Assembly (NCBI GenBank): GCA_964019335.1
Contig: OZ025757.1
Coordinates: forward strand, 1-64,000
DNA from: Diplonema japonicum
Taxonomy: Eukaryota; Protista; Euglenozoa: Diplonemea
Length of the DNA stretch: 64,000 bases
Reading direction: 5' to 3'
This document shows, one piece after another, positions 1-11,270 of the stretch. The position numbers were made by a program, and so were the translations under genes. How positions within the stretch are numbered: the first letter of the stretch is position 1; the number at the start of each line of letters is the position of its first letter. Below the pieces are notes generated by a model, which worked only from the letters and a program-made list of their open reading frames with translations, was not told the origin of the DNA and ran no database searches.

Positions 1-1429
1 TGCGGGTTTGCGGGTTTGCGGGTTTGCGGTTTGCGGGTTTGCGGGTTTGCGGGTTTGCGGGTTTGCGGGTTTGCGGGTTTGCGGGTTTGCGGGTTTGCGG
101 GTTTGCGGGTTTGCGGGTTTGCGGGTTTGCGGGTTTGCGGGTTTGCGGGTTTGCGGGTTTGCGGGTTTGCGGGTTTGCGGGTTTGCGGGTTTGCGGGTTT
201 GCGGGTTTTGCGGGTTTGCGGGTTTGCGGGTTTGCGGGTTTGCGGGTTTGCGGGTTGCGGGTTTGCGGGTTTGCGGGTTTGCGGGGTTTGCGGGTTTGCG
301 GGTTTGCGGGTTTGCGGTTGCGGTTTGCGGGTTTGCGGGTTTGCGGGTTTGCGGGTTTGCGGGTTTGCGGGTTTGCGGGTTTGCGGGTTTGCGGGTTTGC
401 GGGGTTTGCGGGTTTGCGGGTTTGCGGGTTTGCGGGTTTGCGGGTTTGCGGGTTTGCGGGTTTGCGGGTTTGCGGGTTTGCGGGTTTGCGGTTTGCGGGT
501 TTGCGGGTTTGCGGGTTTGCGGTTTGCGGGTTTGCGGGTTTGCGGGTTTGCGGTTTGCGGGTTTGCGGGTTTGCGGGTTTGCGGGTTTGCGGGTTTGCGG
601 GTTTGCGGGTTTGCGGGTTTGCGGGTTTGCGGGTTTGCGGGTTTGCGGGTTTGCGGGTTTGCGGGTTTGCGGGTTTGCGGTTTGCGGGTTTGCGGGTTTG
701 CGGGTTTGCGGGTTTGCGGGTTTGCGGGTTTGCGGGTTTGCGGTTTGCGGGTTTGCGGGTTTGCGGGTTTGCGGGTTTGCGGGTTTGCGGGTTTGCGGGT
801 TTGCGGGTTTGCGGGTTTGCGGGTTTGCGGGTTTGCGGGTTTGCGGGTTTGCGGGTTTGCGGGTTTGCGGGTTTGCGGGTTTGCGGGTTTGCGGGTTTGC
901 GGGTTTGCGGGTTTGCGGGTTTGCGGGTTTGCGGGTTTGCGGGTTTGCGGGTTTGCGGGTTTGCGGGTTTGCGGGTTTGCGGGTTTGCGGGTTTGCGGGT
1001 TTGCGGGTTTGCGGGTTTGCGGGTTTGCGGGTTTGCGGGTTTGCGGGTTTGCGGGTTTGCGGGTTTGCGGGTTTGCGGGTTTGCGGGTTTGCGGGTTTGC
1101 GGGTTTGCGGGTTTGCGGGTTTGCGGGTTTGCGGGTTTGCGGGTTTGCGGGTTTGCGGGTTTGCGGGTTTGCGGGTTTGCGGGTTTGCGGGTTTGCGGGT
1201 TTGCGGGTTTGCGGGTTTGCGGGTTTGCGGGTTTGCGGGTTTGCGGGTTTGCGGGTTTGCGGGTTTGCGGGTTTGCGGGTTTGCGGGTTTGCGGGTTTGC
1301 GGGTTTGCGGGTTTGCGGGTTTGCGGGTTTGCGGGTTTGCGGGTTTGCGGGTTTGCGGGTTTGCGGGTTTGCGGGTTTGCGGGTTTGCGGGTTTGCGGGT
1401 TTGCGGGTTTGCGGGTTTGCGGGTTTGCG
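1..1429 (+). repeat. (TTTGCGGG)n octamer tandem array, telomere-like
   Basis: About 178 units read directly; 7- and 9-nt variant units occur only in ~1-745 and the array is perfect from there to an abrupt junction at 1429/1430. Confidence 0.95.
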
Positions 1430-2321
1430 AAAAGTTCCACATATTTTTCTTAAAAAAAGAGAGGGCGTCTCACAAAGACTCCCTTCAATTCATATATCTT
1501 TTATTTTCTTTTTATTTTTCTTTTCTTTATTTTCTTTCTCCCAACCCTACCCCCCCTCGAAAAAAAAAAAGAAAAGAAAAGAAAAGATTCATTCCTCCCT
1601 AGTTTATTATATTTTGCATCAGGTTCGCCGAGAAAATAAAAGGAAAAACAAGGAAAGAGAACGGCAACCAAATTTTAAATTTTTATTTTATCATCAAAGG
1701 AGGTTTGAAAAAGAGAAAAATTAAAGAGAAGAAAGAGGCCTTTTTCTCCTCTATCGATAAGTGATTCACGAACTCGAATCTTTATCACCACTTTTTTGTG
1801 CATGCCAGATTTTTTTTTTCTCCCGCCTTGTTAGAGAAGTTTTAATTTACTAGTAAAAAAATAAAAAAAGTGAAAAGAGGAGTAGAAGACGATCCGGTGG
1901 GGGGCATGGGAACCATAAACCGTGTCTTCCATCGCGATCGGCAAGGCGGGGGCTTTTCCGTCCCATGGGTGAAAAGAGGCGGATAAAACCACTATTCCGG
2001 ACCCCCCCCAACACTGAGCATGCACTTTTTCCCCCATACATACCTCTCTTGTTTATCAAAATATCACCAATTTTACGGCGGACGCCAAGAAAAAAAAAAG
2101 CCAAGGAGAAGGAGTTTAGGGAAATAACAAAAGACCTACGGCCCCAAGGAAGGCGGTGAAAACAGCCATGGTGGGCCAGCCCTGGCAGACAGGGAGCCTG
2201 AACACCAAGAACACCGCGGAGCCAAATTTGCATCCGGAATTTTCGGTTTTCAAACTTACAAAAACCCCCTGTAGGCATCTGCGTCCGTCCAGCCCCATTT
2301 TGGCACCCCTTTTGGGTGCGG

Positions 2322-2391
<70 letters not shown>
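2322..2391 (+). repeat. ~70-nt poly(A) tract followed by degenerate (TAAAA/TAAAAA)n
   Basis: Direct reading. Confidence 0.9.
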
Positions 2392-2396
<5 letters not shown>

Positions 2397-2686
2397 TAAT
2401 TAAAAATAAAACTAAAAATAAAAATAAAACACAATTTAAGACTAAAACTAAAACTAAAATTAAAAATAAAAATAAAAATAAGCTCGATGATTTAAAGGAA
2501 GCTGGTTGGGGCACCCTTTGACTAAAATAAATAAAAATAAAAGTAAAAATAGAGAGGGAGAAGAGAAGCAGACAATCAATTGCTTTCTTCTCTTTCTTTT
2601 TATCCCTTTTTTTTTTTTTTTTTTTTTTTTTTCCCTTCCCTAAAGAACGTTTTGACCAAAACATTGTTAAGGGAAAACAAGGACTA

Positions 2687-2717
<31 letters not shown>

Positions 2718-2804
2718 TAAAATGCATGTATGGGGGAGCGCTTTAACGAAAGCATACTAACCCTGTTTCTCTCCCTCTCTTCTTTCTCTCTTTCTTTTTC
2801 TTTT

Positions 2805-2835
<31 letters not shown>

Positions 2836-3091
2836 CTCCTTTGTAATTTTCCCTATTTAACTATCCCTCTCAATTATACTCGCTGTCATCAACCCCCTCC
2901 ACCTGAAGGGGGATGGGGCTTCGGGGGGTCGCGCTTTGGGAGCCCCCCTCCGAAGATGATGGTGACAACCTCCCGACATAGGTGTCCATCTCCTCCTGCG
3001 CCTCCACCCCACGCGCAGGGGCGAGCTGTTTCCTGGACTTTTGGACCTCCACCGACTTCCCTTGTCCGTCCGGGGTAAAAATTTTTTTTTT

Positions 3092-3343
3092 AAAAAGGGG
3101 GACTTGAGAAAATAAATAAAAAGGGGGACTTGAGAAAATAAATAAAAAGGGGGACTTGAGAAAATAAATAAAAAGGGGGACTTGAGAAAATAAATAAAAA
3201 GGGGGACTTGAGAAAATAAATAAAAAGGGGGACTTGAGAAAATAAATAAAAAGGGGGACTTGAGAAAATAAATAAAAAGGGGGACTTGAGAAAATAAATA
3301 AAAAGGGGGACTTGAGAAAATAAATAAAAAGGGGGACTTGAGA
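3092..3343 (+). repeat. 26-bp minisatellite (GGGGGACTTGAGAAAATAAATAAAAA), ~9.5 copies
   Basis: Period 26 counted between successive GACT motifs (3101, 3127...); the spurious ORFs over it have a 26-aa period. Confidence 0.92.
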
Positions 3344-3957
3344 ATGTTTTTTTTTTTTTTTTTTTTCTTCAAAAGACACACAAGGCACGATAAATCTTAA
3401 GAGAAAATAAAAATATTCCAAAACAGACAATCAAGTTCCAACCTGGGAGGAAGGCATGGGTTTCTCTTTTTCTTTATGGGAGGGAGAGGGGAAGAAGAAG
3501 AAGCAACTCCAAATGATAAAAATTCAAAAATAAAAATCTCAAAAAAGGCTTAAAAGAAGAAGAGGCAAATTCAAAAACATACTAGGGAGGAATGAGTGGG
3601 GCAGGGGGTAAAATTTAGGAGGGGGAAAGAGGGAGAATCAAAAAAGGGGAAAGGGGCAGAGTGACCAATGTCCGTGCGAAAAAGCATAGAGCGGGGGAAG
3701 AAGAAAATCAAAAACAGGAAAAACACATCACCACAAAAGAAAAAAGAAAAAAAAAAAAAAAACGTCGACCGAGATGGTTCCACTTCAAAAAGAAAAAGAA
3801 AAAGAAAAACAGAAAAATAAAAAAAAAAAAAAAAAAAAAAGGAAAAACAAAAAGAAAAAAAAAAAAAAAGGAAAAAAAAAAAAAATCTAAGTGGTTCTAT
3901 CTAGCCTGGCCGTTGTAGCACCTGTTCCTATTCTTTTATTTTTCCCTTTTTTTTTTC

Positions 3958-4461
3958 TCAGAAAAAAAAAAAAAAAACTTCGTCAATTGCGCGGCCGACA
4001 CCAATAAAGGAGGGTCTGCCTTTGGCAACTGCGTTCCTTCTGATCGCTTTCGTCACTCGCCGTATCTCATGACCTCTGGCAGCTTTATGCACGCCCAAGA
4101 GGGCCCTGGCCCAAGGCCATCCGAGCTTGGCTGGTTCCAGAAGACGCAGGAGTGTTCCTATGGGACCAGCGGACCTCATATTCTTCGTGTACTTCTTCCG
4201 GATCTTTCTTGCACGCTTTCGTATTCTTCGATTTTCCGCTAGCCTCAGGACGGTGCCCGCCGTCTTGTAGGCAAAGGCAGCAAGAGGGTCGTGTGTGTGG
4301 CCCGGTAGTGCGATGTTCAAGAGCGCGCCCGATGAGCGCGTGGTGTTGTACGGACCCCACAGACAATCTGTTACAGCGATCCTATGGGCGTCGATCTTCG
4401 CGTTTGACGGTGGGGCATATGGCGCACCGTATAAGGCAGCGGGTAGAATAGATTGGCTCAC
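3958..4461 (-). mobile_element. Relic of a non-LTR retrotransposon ORF (region C-terminal to RT)
   Basis: ILPAALYG...AVTDCLWG...RSSGALL...GHTHDP resembles the post-RT segment of protist LINE ORFs as I recall them; no RT core is present. Confidence 0.45.
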
Positions 4462-4612
4462 GATGAGGGCTTTCTTTGTAAAGGGTAGTTGTAACGCGGC
4501 CAGTCTCTTGGCTGTCTCGACCGCTTTCTATATATATCCATTATTTTCATCTTGTTTTCTATCTGTTCATATTTCTTCTTCTTTTTTTTTTTTCCTCCTC
4601 TTTTTCTTTTAT

Positions 4613-5640
4613 CTACACGGGCACCTTGCACCCCCTCGAGGGACTGATGACCTCCGCCACAGAACGAGACCAGGCTCCTATCATGTCGTGGGCGGCGTTC
4701 CAGAAGAAGGACCCCCCGTTGCAGGGGTACGCCTCCTTCAGCTCCTTCATCACGCTGACAGCCTGCTGCACGTTGCTGTTGGAGGTGGTGCCCCCGCACC
4801 CGCTGATGCAGAAGCCGAAGACCACCTTCGTCGGGTCGTTCCCGAAGAGGTCCGTCACGAGGATCCTGAGGTGCGCCAGGGCGGAGTCGTAAACACTGCC
4901 GTTGATCCCGTCCGTGTTGGGACGGGTCACCCCGTTGTAGTACTGCGGCATGATGAAGTCCACAGAGGCAGCCACCTCCCGCATCACCTCGAAGTAGCCT
5001 GTCCCCCTCACGAGGTCGCTGTCCATGGAGGAGTGGAGCTTCTCCCTCAGCTTCAGGGTCGTCTCTTTCAGGAAAGTCCGTGCCTCCGCCCCCTTCGAGA
5101 AGGACGAGTCACGCTGTTCGTCCTCGTAGTAGTACAGGTAGTCGAGGTTGATCCCGTCGAAGCCCTGCGCCGACGCGGTGTCCGCCAGGTGCTCCTCCTT
5201 CCCGAAGCAGTGTTCCCAGCAGTCGTTCAGCCCGTCCCACGACCCCCCCATCCCCGCCCCGCCGAAGGAGAGCATCACCTTCTTCCCCGCGGACTTCCAC
5301 TTCGCCACGAGCTCCGCCTGTGGGGCGTTCTCGCACACCGTAACGGGTGTCAGGATGGTGCACTGCTCGTTGCACTGGTTTTTCGTTTCGCTCCAGGTGT
5401 AGGTCACCGCAAAGGACGCGACGACGTGTGTGTAGCCCTCCATCTGCGCGTCTGTCGGACACGTCAACCAGTTCCCGACGGAGGCGATGAGCCTGCTGTC
5501 GTCGTTTTTGAGATTGTTGTTGTTGTTCGAAAAAGTTGTGTCAGTAGTGGGAGGAGCCTCCGTGACAGGTTGCTGGGTAGGAGGAGCAGGAGTAGTCTTG
5601 TCCACGATGGTGATGGTCTGCGTTTCTGTTGCTGCCAGAG
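4613..5640 (-). pseudogene. GH18 chitinase-like domain with Thr/Pro-rich linker, catalytic motif degenerate
   Basis: KKVMLSFGGAG, GFDGINLDYLYY (canonical DxxDxDxE), VDFIMPQYYN, GGSFFW; no clean 5' start, fused to foreign fragments. Confidence 0.75.
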
Positions 5641-5849
5641 GCGGTGGACCCGCTGCACACCGATGTCTTGAAGAAGGGGGGCGATGGACCAAACACGGCT
5701 GACAGTCCACACCTTCCCGTTCGACCCCGCCACAGGGACCGGGTCGCTGTCCAGGTAGAAGATGTTGAACTCCTGCTGGCAAGGAGAAGCCCCCTCCGCC
5801 ACCCCGAGCTCGATCGGGTCCGTCGTCTGCTCCGTGGTCACGCGGGTGT

Positions 5850-6584
5850 CGGCGGGGAAGGAGGAGGATGGCCGACGAGCACGTCCCGATCTGGCTCCCG
5901 TAGCTCACGCTGATGGTGTAAGGGTGCGTCGCCTCCCCAGTCACGTCCGACCCGAAGGTCCCGAGGTCCGCGCAGAAGTCGAAGTTCGGGTACGAGTACA
6001 CCCAGGTCTCCGCAGCGTTCGATCGACATGATGTACTCCACGTCCAGCATCGACTCCACCCAGGCTTGTCGACCACCACAGGGCTCAACGGGAAGCCGTG
6101 GAAGCCGGCGAACGAGTCGATCGCGGAGGCCACCCCGCAGGCACCTGCACCCCGCTCGTCAGACCCCGCTGGGGTGCTCGTAGGTCAGGAACGAGCCGTG
6201 TGCCATCTTCTCGATCTGCGCCACCGTTGCCTCCCCGTGGATGTAGTCCCCGTGCGGGTGCTCCCTCGTCACCTCCACCCCGCTCGCGCTCAGCCACTCC
6301 CTCACAACCCTCGTGTGCTCCGCCTTCGGCCTCACCATCTCCCCGACCTCCTCGTAGCTGGGGTACTGCAAGTAGTTCACGCGCGGGTCAGACACCTCAT
6401 CGAAGATCCTGCCCAGGGCGGCCTTGTTCGCCCTCTTCACCCACCGACACGCGGAACCTTCCCCTTCAGGGTTCACCTTCTCGGGGGTTGCCCTCCACCC
6501 CGCGGGGATCATCGACGGCTCATGCACCTCCACAAGCGACCCTGCGGACACCGCCACCAGGGCCATGAACATGGCTGATCTCAT
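5850..6584 (-). pseudogene. Frameshifted, internally deleted S53 sedolisin/tripeptidyl-peptidase-like gene
   Basis: Signal peptide MRSAMFMALVAV; prodomain EVSDP..NYLQYPSYEEVGEMVRP..VREWL..GDYI; ESMLDVEYI (E..D motif) and PYTISVSYG lie in different frames; C-terminal GTSAS motif absent. Confidence 0.8.
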
Positions 6585-6733
6585 GTTTTTTTTTCCCTTT
6601 CTTTTTCCTTTGGGGGGATGGAATGTGAAAGACAATCCAATGAGAATAAAAAAAAAAAAAAAAAAAAAGTGCTTTCGCAGAGCCATCCATTAGTTGCAAT
6701 CTTACAATCCCAAAAGAAAAAATAAACTACTCG

Positions 6734-7417
6734 TTAGGGTGTAGGGGATTTCAGGGTGACGACGCGCTTCACAGGAGACGGCTGCGGGGATGGAGTCCTG
6801 CTGAACGTGGACAGGGTGTGCTGCAGGTGCTCTGCTTGGTACTTCGCTGTGGCTGCTTTCTGGGTGTTGAGGAAGGTCGTCCTCAGGGTGTGGTGAAGCT
6901 CTTGCTCCCTTCGCCACTTTGCATGGGACGTGACCTGCAGCTTTCGCGAGGCTATCTTGTCCGCGGTCGCTTTCTTTGCTGTCTTCACACGGGTTGTAAC
7001 GGCTAGCTTGTCTTGTTGGGTTTGTTCCTTCATGGCCATGCGCTCTTTCTGTCTTTCGGCTTGCTCGAACATCTCCTCCTCACGCATGTACTTCTTGTCT
7101 CGTAGCAGCTGCAGCTTCGCTTTGCTGATGTTCTCTCTCAGCCGCAGCTTCTCTGTCTTCACCTTCGCTCGCTGCTTTACAAGCTCCTTCTTCCTGTCAA
7201 CTCCTTTCCCGCACTTCGCATCTCTCGCACTGGCAGGTTCCATTTTCTTTTTCTTTTCCGTTTCCACTTTGCTGCTCAGCAGCAGCACCCGCCTCTCCCA
7301 TCGCTTAGCTTCATTCTCTGCATCCCTGCATTCTTGAATAATTGTGAAGGCACGCGACTTGCTTTTTGCTTTCCTCTCCGGGCTGGGCGTGGGCGCGGGA
7401 CCCAGCCACTCTTCCAT
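6734..7417 (-). CDS. Basic coiled-coil hypothetical protein
   Basis: Long K/E/R-rich ORF; start placed at MEEWLG because CCTTTTACAG lies 6 nt upstream and the alternative ATG (7483) is only 13 nt from the upstream stop. Confidence 0.7.
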   Translation of the reverse strand: MEEWLGPAPTPSPERKAKSKSRAFTIIQECRDAENEAKRWERRVLLLSSKVETEKKKKMEPASARDAKCGKGVDRKKELVKQRAKVKTEKLRLRENISKAKLQLLRDKKYMREEEMFEQAERQKERMAMKEQTQQDKLAVTTRVKTAKKATADKIASRKLQVTSHAKWRREQELHHTLRTTFLNTQKAATAKYQAEHLQHTLSTFSRTPSPQPSPVKRVVTLKSPTP

Positions 7418-7496
7418 GTAGCCCTGTAAAAGGTGTCGGATGTGGGGGGGGAGAAAGGATTTGCTGGCAATAAACAATTTCATTATTTTCCGCCCC

Positions 7497-7961
7497 TCAG
7501 CTTTCCAGGTTGTTCATCATCCTCTCCATGAAATCCGCGATTTTAGGGTTTTGTGCGTACTTTGCAAAGACCTTTGGGTCGTCAGGGAAACCGGGGTCTT
7601 CTAACATGGCTCGGATCTCTGGGTCTTCGAGCTCTTCATCGCCGATGTCCGTGTACTTCCGCTTGCTTCTGTGCTGCGTTACCACGCAGTCCCATATCTG
7701 TGTATCGCCATCCTCTGAGTAACCTTTCTCCAATACAACCTCCAGTTTGTTATCGACCACCGACCAGGTGCTCTCGTCGGGGTCTACAGGATGACACAAG
7801 TCACCTTCCAACAGGACCTTCCCTTCCTTGACCGCGATGTGCAGCTTGTTCACACCAATCTCGACCTTCAACATCCCAGACACCACACCCTCCGGAAGGG
7901 GCACTTCGACACAAATATCAGTCCCGCCTTGGTCCCATGAGTAACCATGTTTAGTCTGCAT
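7497..7961 (-). CDS. CS (p23/NudC-like) domain co-chaperone with STI1-like C-terminus
   Basis: YSWDQ..DICVEVP..LEGDLCHPVDPDESTWSV..LEVVLEK..W; DPEIRAML..NPKI tail; A-run before ATG. Confidence 0.85.
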   Translation of the reverse strand: MQTKHGYSWDQGGTDICVEVPLPEGVVSGMLKVEIGVNKLHIAVKEGKVLLEGDLCHPVDPDESTWSVVDNKLEVVLEKGYSEDGDTQIWDCVVTQHRSKRKYTDIGDEELEDPEIRAMLEDPGFPDDPKVFAKYAQNPKIADFMERMMNNLES

Positions 7962-8082
7962 TTTTTCTTTTCTTTTCTTTTTTTTTTTTTCTGGCGAAGA
8001 ACTTTCAATTGTGTATCTCGAGATAACGAAAATAAAGGGAGGGGGGGAAAAAAAAACTCTCCTCGGCCCGTCTTTTGTTTGA

Positions 8083-8352
8083 CTACAAAATATCGCCATT
8101 TGGCTTGAAGCTAAATTGCTTCATGTCGACAGTCTTCACCGTGTTGCCGACGAGTCGTGATGAGCCGCCAGTGACCTGGGGATTTTTTTTTTTTCTTTCT
8201 TGAAAACTAGAATTGTATACCTTCAAACTACTTGAGTATGAGGCACTGCACGTCACCGATTTGCCATCCTTATTTATTCTGCATCCCATGGAGGCCAGCG
8301 TCACAGGGGACGAGGTGGTGGGGACCTGCTGCTGGACTGCCGGCTCGCTCAT
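8083..8352 (-). CDS. Small hypothetical protein, probable 45-nt intron 8176-8220
   Basis: ORF after an A-run; in-frame GTATAC...A12..CCCCAG segment resembles the other introns. Confidence 0.55.
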   Translation of the reverse strand: MSEPAVQQQVPTTSSPVTLASMGCRINKDGKSVTCSASYSSSLKVYNSSFQERKKKNPQVTGGSSRLVGNTVKTVDMKQFSFKPNGDIL

Positions 8353-8496
8353 TGTGTCTCACGTGTAATGTAAAAAAAAAAAAAAAAAAAAAAAAGGTAC
8401 GTGTAGCCTGCAGAAGTCTGCTGTTGGACCAATGGAAAAAAATGTCAAAAAAAAAAAATAAGGTTACAACCTTTCCTTTTTTTTTTTTTTTTAAAC

Positions 8497-9376
8497 TTAT
8501 GACCCATGCGTGTGACCCACCATGCCTCCACGGCAGCAGAACGTCTCTGGTTCATCAGTGCCTGTTTTAAAGATGCTGTTCCAGACTTCTTTGTCAGCGC
8601 TTGCTGGCGCTGCTGTGCCGTCTGTTGTCTTTTTGACTTTGCCGTCGGTGTCTTTCTTCTTCTTTTTGCTGCCGGTTTCTCCGGATTTCACAGCGCCGCC
8701 CGCTTTCTCAAGCTTCCGCTTCTTCTTCTCGGCGATCTGGTCCATTTTCCGTTTTATTGCCGCCTCGATAAGGCTGTCCATCGCCTGCGGGTCAGGGATG
8801 ATGTCGATGATGGTGTTGAAGCCGTCGCCCCATTCACGGGTTGCGGGTTTGCTACAGGCAGGGCATTGTTCCGTCCCCATTTGAAGGAGTGCACGCTGGC
8901 TGAAGACATGGGTGCAGTCGCGGCAAAAACAGAATTTATTTGACCCATTTGTGTTGAGCTGTGTGATGGGGCATTCATAAAGGCCCAGGTAGTCTTCAGT
9001 CGATCTAAAAGAATTATTTTTAAAAGATATGGGTGTTGTTGTCATACCCCACGTTGTCGCCTCTCTTCAGTGCCGCATGCACTTCTTCCTTCGCTTTGTT
9101 CACTTTGATGTCCAGTTTTGTGAAGTCTTTCAACGTTTTCACGTACGGTGCCACCTGTTCCCTCCTGCTCAGTGCCGTCATCACTCTTTCAGCGCTGTAC
9201 AGCAGCCCGACCTCGTCCGCGAGCAAGGGCGGCCTCAACGGCTCCTTCGAGTGCTGGCATGTCGTCCACCTCTCTTTGTCCAGCGTGTGCCTGCTTTTCT
9301 CCGCTTTCACCTCGCCCATTCCCGACTGCGGGAGGAACCTCCGGTTGTTCGCGCATACACCACCATCTCCTCCCAT
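8497..9376 (-). CDS. RTF2: Replication termination factor 2 (Rtf2) homolog; intron 9005-9047
   Basis: N-terminal MGGDGG, RWTTCQHSKEPL, YECPIT, CTHVFS, CPAC RING-like motifs; a 43-nt GTATG..TAG intron joins two ORFs in frame. Confidence 0.88.
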
Positions 9377-9546
9377 TGTTTGTTTTCTTTTTTTTCTTTT
9401 CCTCCGCTGTCCCTCCTTTCTTTTTTTTTTTTTGATGGAAATGAACAGATGGAAACCACAAAAATAGACACTGCAAGCCCGAAAACCGTGCATTAGGAAA
9501 ATACGCCCATGATAATGGCCGTTTTCTTTTTTTTTTTTTTTTTTTT

Positions 9547-10400
9547 TTAAAGATTACTTAAAGAATTCTTCTGCCAGCTTGGGAGGGTTTGCAACCAAAG
9601 CTTGCCGTTGATGGGGTCCGCGTCAGGGTCTGTGAGAGGCGGACACACGTCAAACAGACCAAAGAAGGGCTCGGTGAGGAGGGGCTGGTAGGTACTTGGT
9701 TGTGGCTGGTTTGCTGTTCTAGCGGCAGTTTCCAGATCCGCTATTTTGGACTCAGCGATGCGCACCTGGCGGAGGAGGTCAGAGTCACGGAGGACAGGGC
9801 GCTTGGCGCCTCTGAGGGAGGCCAACTCTGCCTCGAGATCAGCGACTACTGATTTCAACCGTTTATTCTCACACTTACAACTATCAAGCTCCACAGACAT
9901 CTGCTTGCACTTCGTCTGGCACACCGAGTTCTCGATGGACAGAGTTTCGTTGCACCTCTCTGTGGCCTCCAACCGCTTCTTCACTTCCTGAAGCGACGCA
10001 AGCATCTTCTTCCTCTTCTTCTCCTGACCGTCCTTCTCGACCCTCCAGTTCTCCCTCTCCCTGATCATATTTTTTGTGTGGTTCGGGTTGTCATCGCAGC
10101 TCACCTTCCCCCATTCTCCGCACACCGCCTTTTCCGCCAGCCTTCTCATCCCCACCCCTGCCACACCTGCACCTTTTGGTGGCGGGATCGGTACAGGAAG
10201 CTTGTCGATCGCTTTTTTCTGCAATCCCATCAGCGATCTTCCGAATACCGGGCGTCTGCCTGTGAGAAGGAAAACCTTTTAAAAAAAAAAGGAAAAGAGA
10301 GAAATGAAAACATACCTTCCGCTGTCGCTGCCCTCGGAAAGGTCGACGAGAACACATCGGTTCTCAAGATGCACTCCGAGGTGCTGGGCCGTACATCCAT
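9547..10400 (-). CDS. Coiled-coil hypothetical protein; intron 10260-10315
   Basis: MDVRPST exon joins the 227-aa ORF in frame through a 56-nt GTATG..CAG intron. Confidence 0.7.
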
Positions 10401-10520
10401 CTTGCCTGGAAAACCTATATCCCCTCCCCCTCCCCCAATTATTATTTTGACTAAAATAACCCTAAAACAAGGGAAATCCGTTGTACCCCATGTAAATGGA
10501 TCACGGGGGAGGAGAGGCTG

Positions 10521-11060
10521 CTATCTCTGAAGAAGGATCTCCAAAGCGGCATCGGCGATAAGCGCGAAGGCCCTCGAACGTTGCTTTCTGGCGATTTCGT
10601 AAGGTGTGACGCCTTCCCTGTTCGCCAGGCGAGGGTTGGCCCCTGCTTTGATGAGTTGTGGTACGACTGCGTGGGCTGTGGTGTCGGCTTCAAGTGCCAG
10701 CTCGAGGAGCAGCTTCCCTGTCAGAGGGTGAGTAGCATTGGGGCAGCAGCCCGTGGAGAGTAGAGCCGCCACAAGGTCCGCGTTATTGTGATTGACTGCG
10801 ACCCACAACGGTGTTGCCCCATCCCCGTCAACAAGCTTAGCATTTGCACCGTCCCTTAAAAGGATGTCGACGCACTCCTTGCTGCCGAACCTCACTGCCA
10901 AGTGAAGTGGCGTGCTGCCCTTCTCATCTCTGCATCCTATCGCCACTCCTTCATCCAGCAAGCTCTTCAATTCTTCGTGGTTGTTTCTTATGCAGCAATG
11001 CACCAGCTTCATCTCATCCTTGCTCAAGGCGCCTTCTTCTTCCTCTGAAGCGGTTTGCAT
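10521..11060 (-). CDS. Ankyrin repeat protein
   Basis: GSTPLHLA, GATPLWVA, GANP..EGVTPY repeats. Confidence 0.92.
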   Translation of the reverse strand: MQTASEEEEGALSKDEMKLVHCCIRNNHEELKSLLDEGVAIGCRDEKGSTPLHLAVRFGSKECVDILLRDGANAKLVDGDGATPLWVAVNHNNADLVAALLSTGCCPNATHPLTGKLLLELALEADTTAHAVVPQLIKAGANPRLANREGVTPYEIARKQRSRAFALIADAALEILLQR

Positions 11061-11270
11061 TTTCTTTTTTTTCTCCTTTTGTAATTTCTTTTTTGTTTGT
11101 ATGTTAATATATTACGACACAAAGAAAATACCAAGCTAAAACTGAATTTGATGAAAAAGAAATGAAAAAAAAAAAAGAAAGAAATGAAAAAACAAAGATG
11201 GTAAAAGGTGTTGTGTTTATTGATATTTTTTTCGGACACTCTTTTTTTTTCCGCTTTTCATTATCCCCCG

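Noticed and set aside
8-1724. Three long ORFs with GFAGLRVC repeats
   Set aside because: Translation artefacts of the stop-free 8-bp array.
3092-3343. 26-bp repeats as a CRISPR array
   Set aside because: Units are contiguous with no spacers, no cas genes, eukaryotic context.
4295-5671. 458-aa plus-strand ORF and the many other plus-strand ORFs
   Set aside because: Antisense shadows of GC3-rich minus-strand genes with no motifs.
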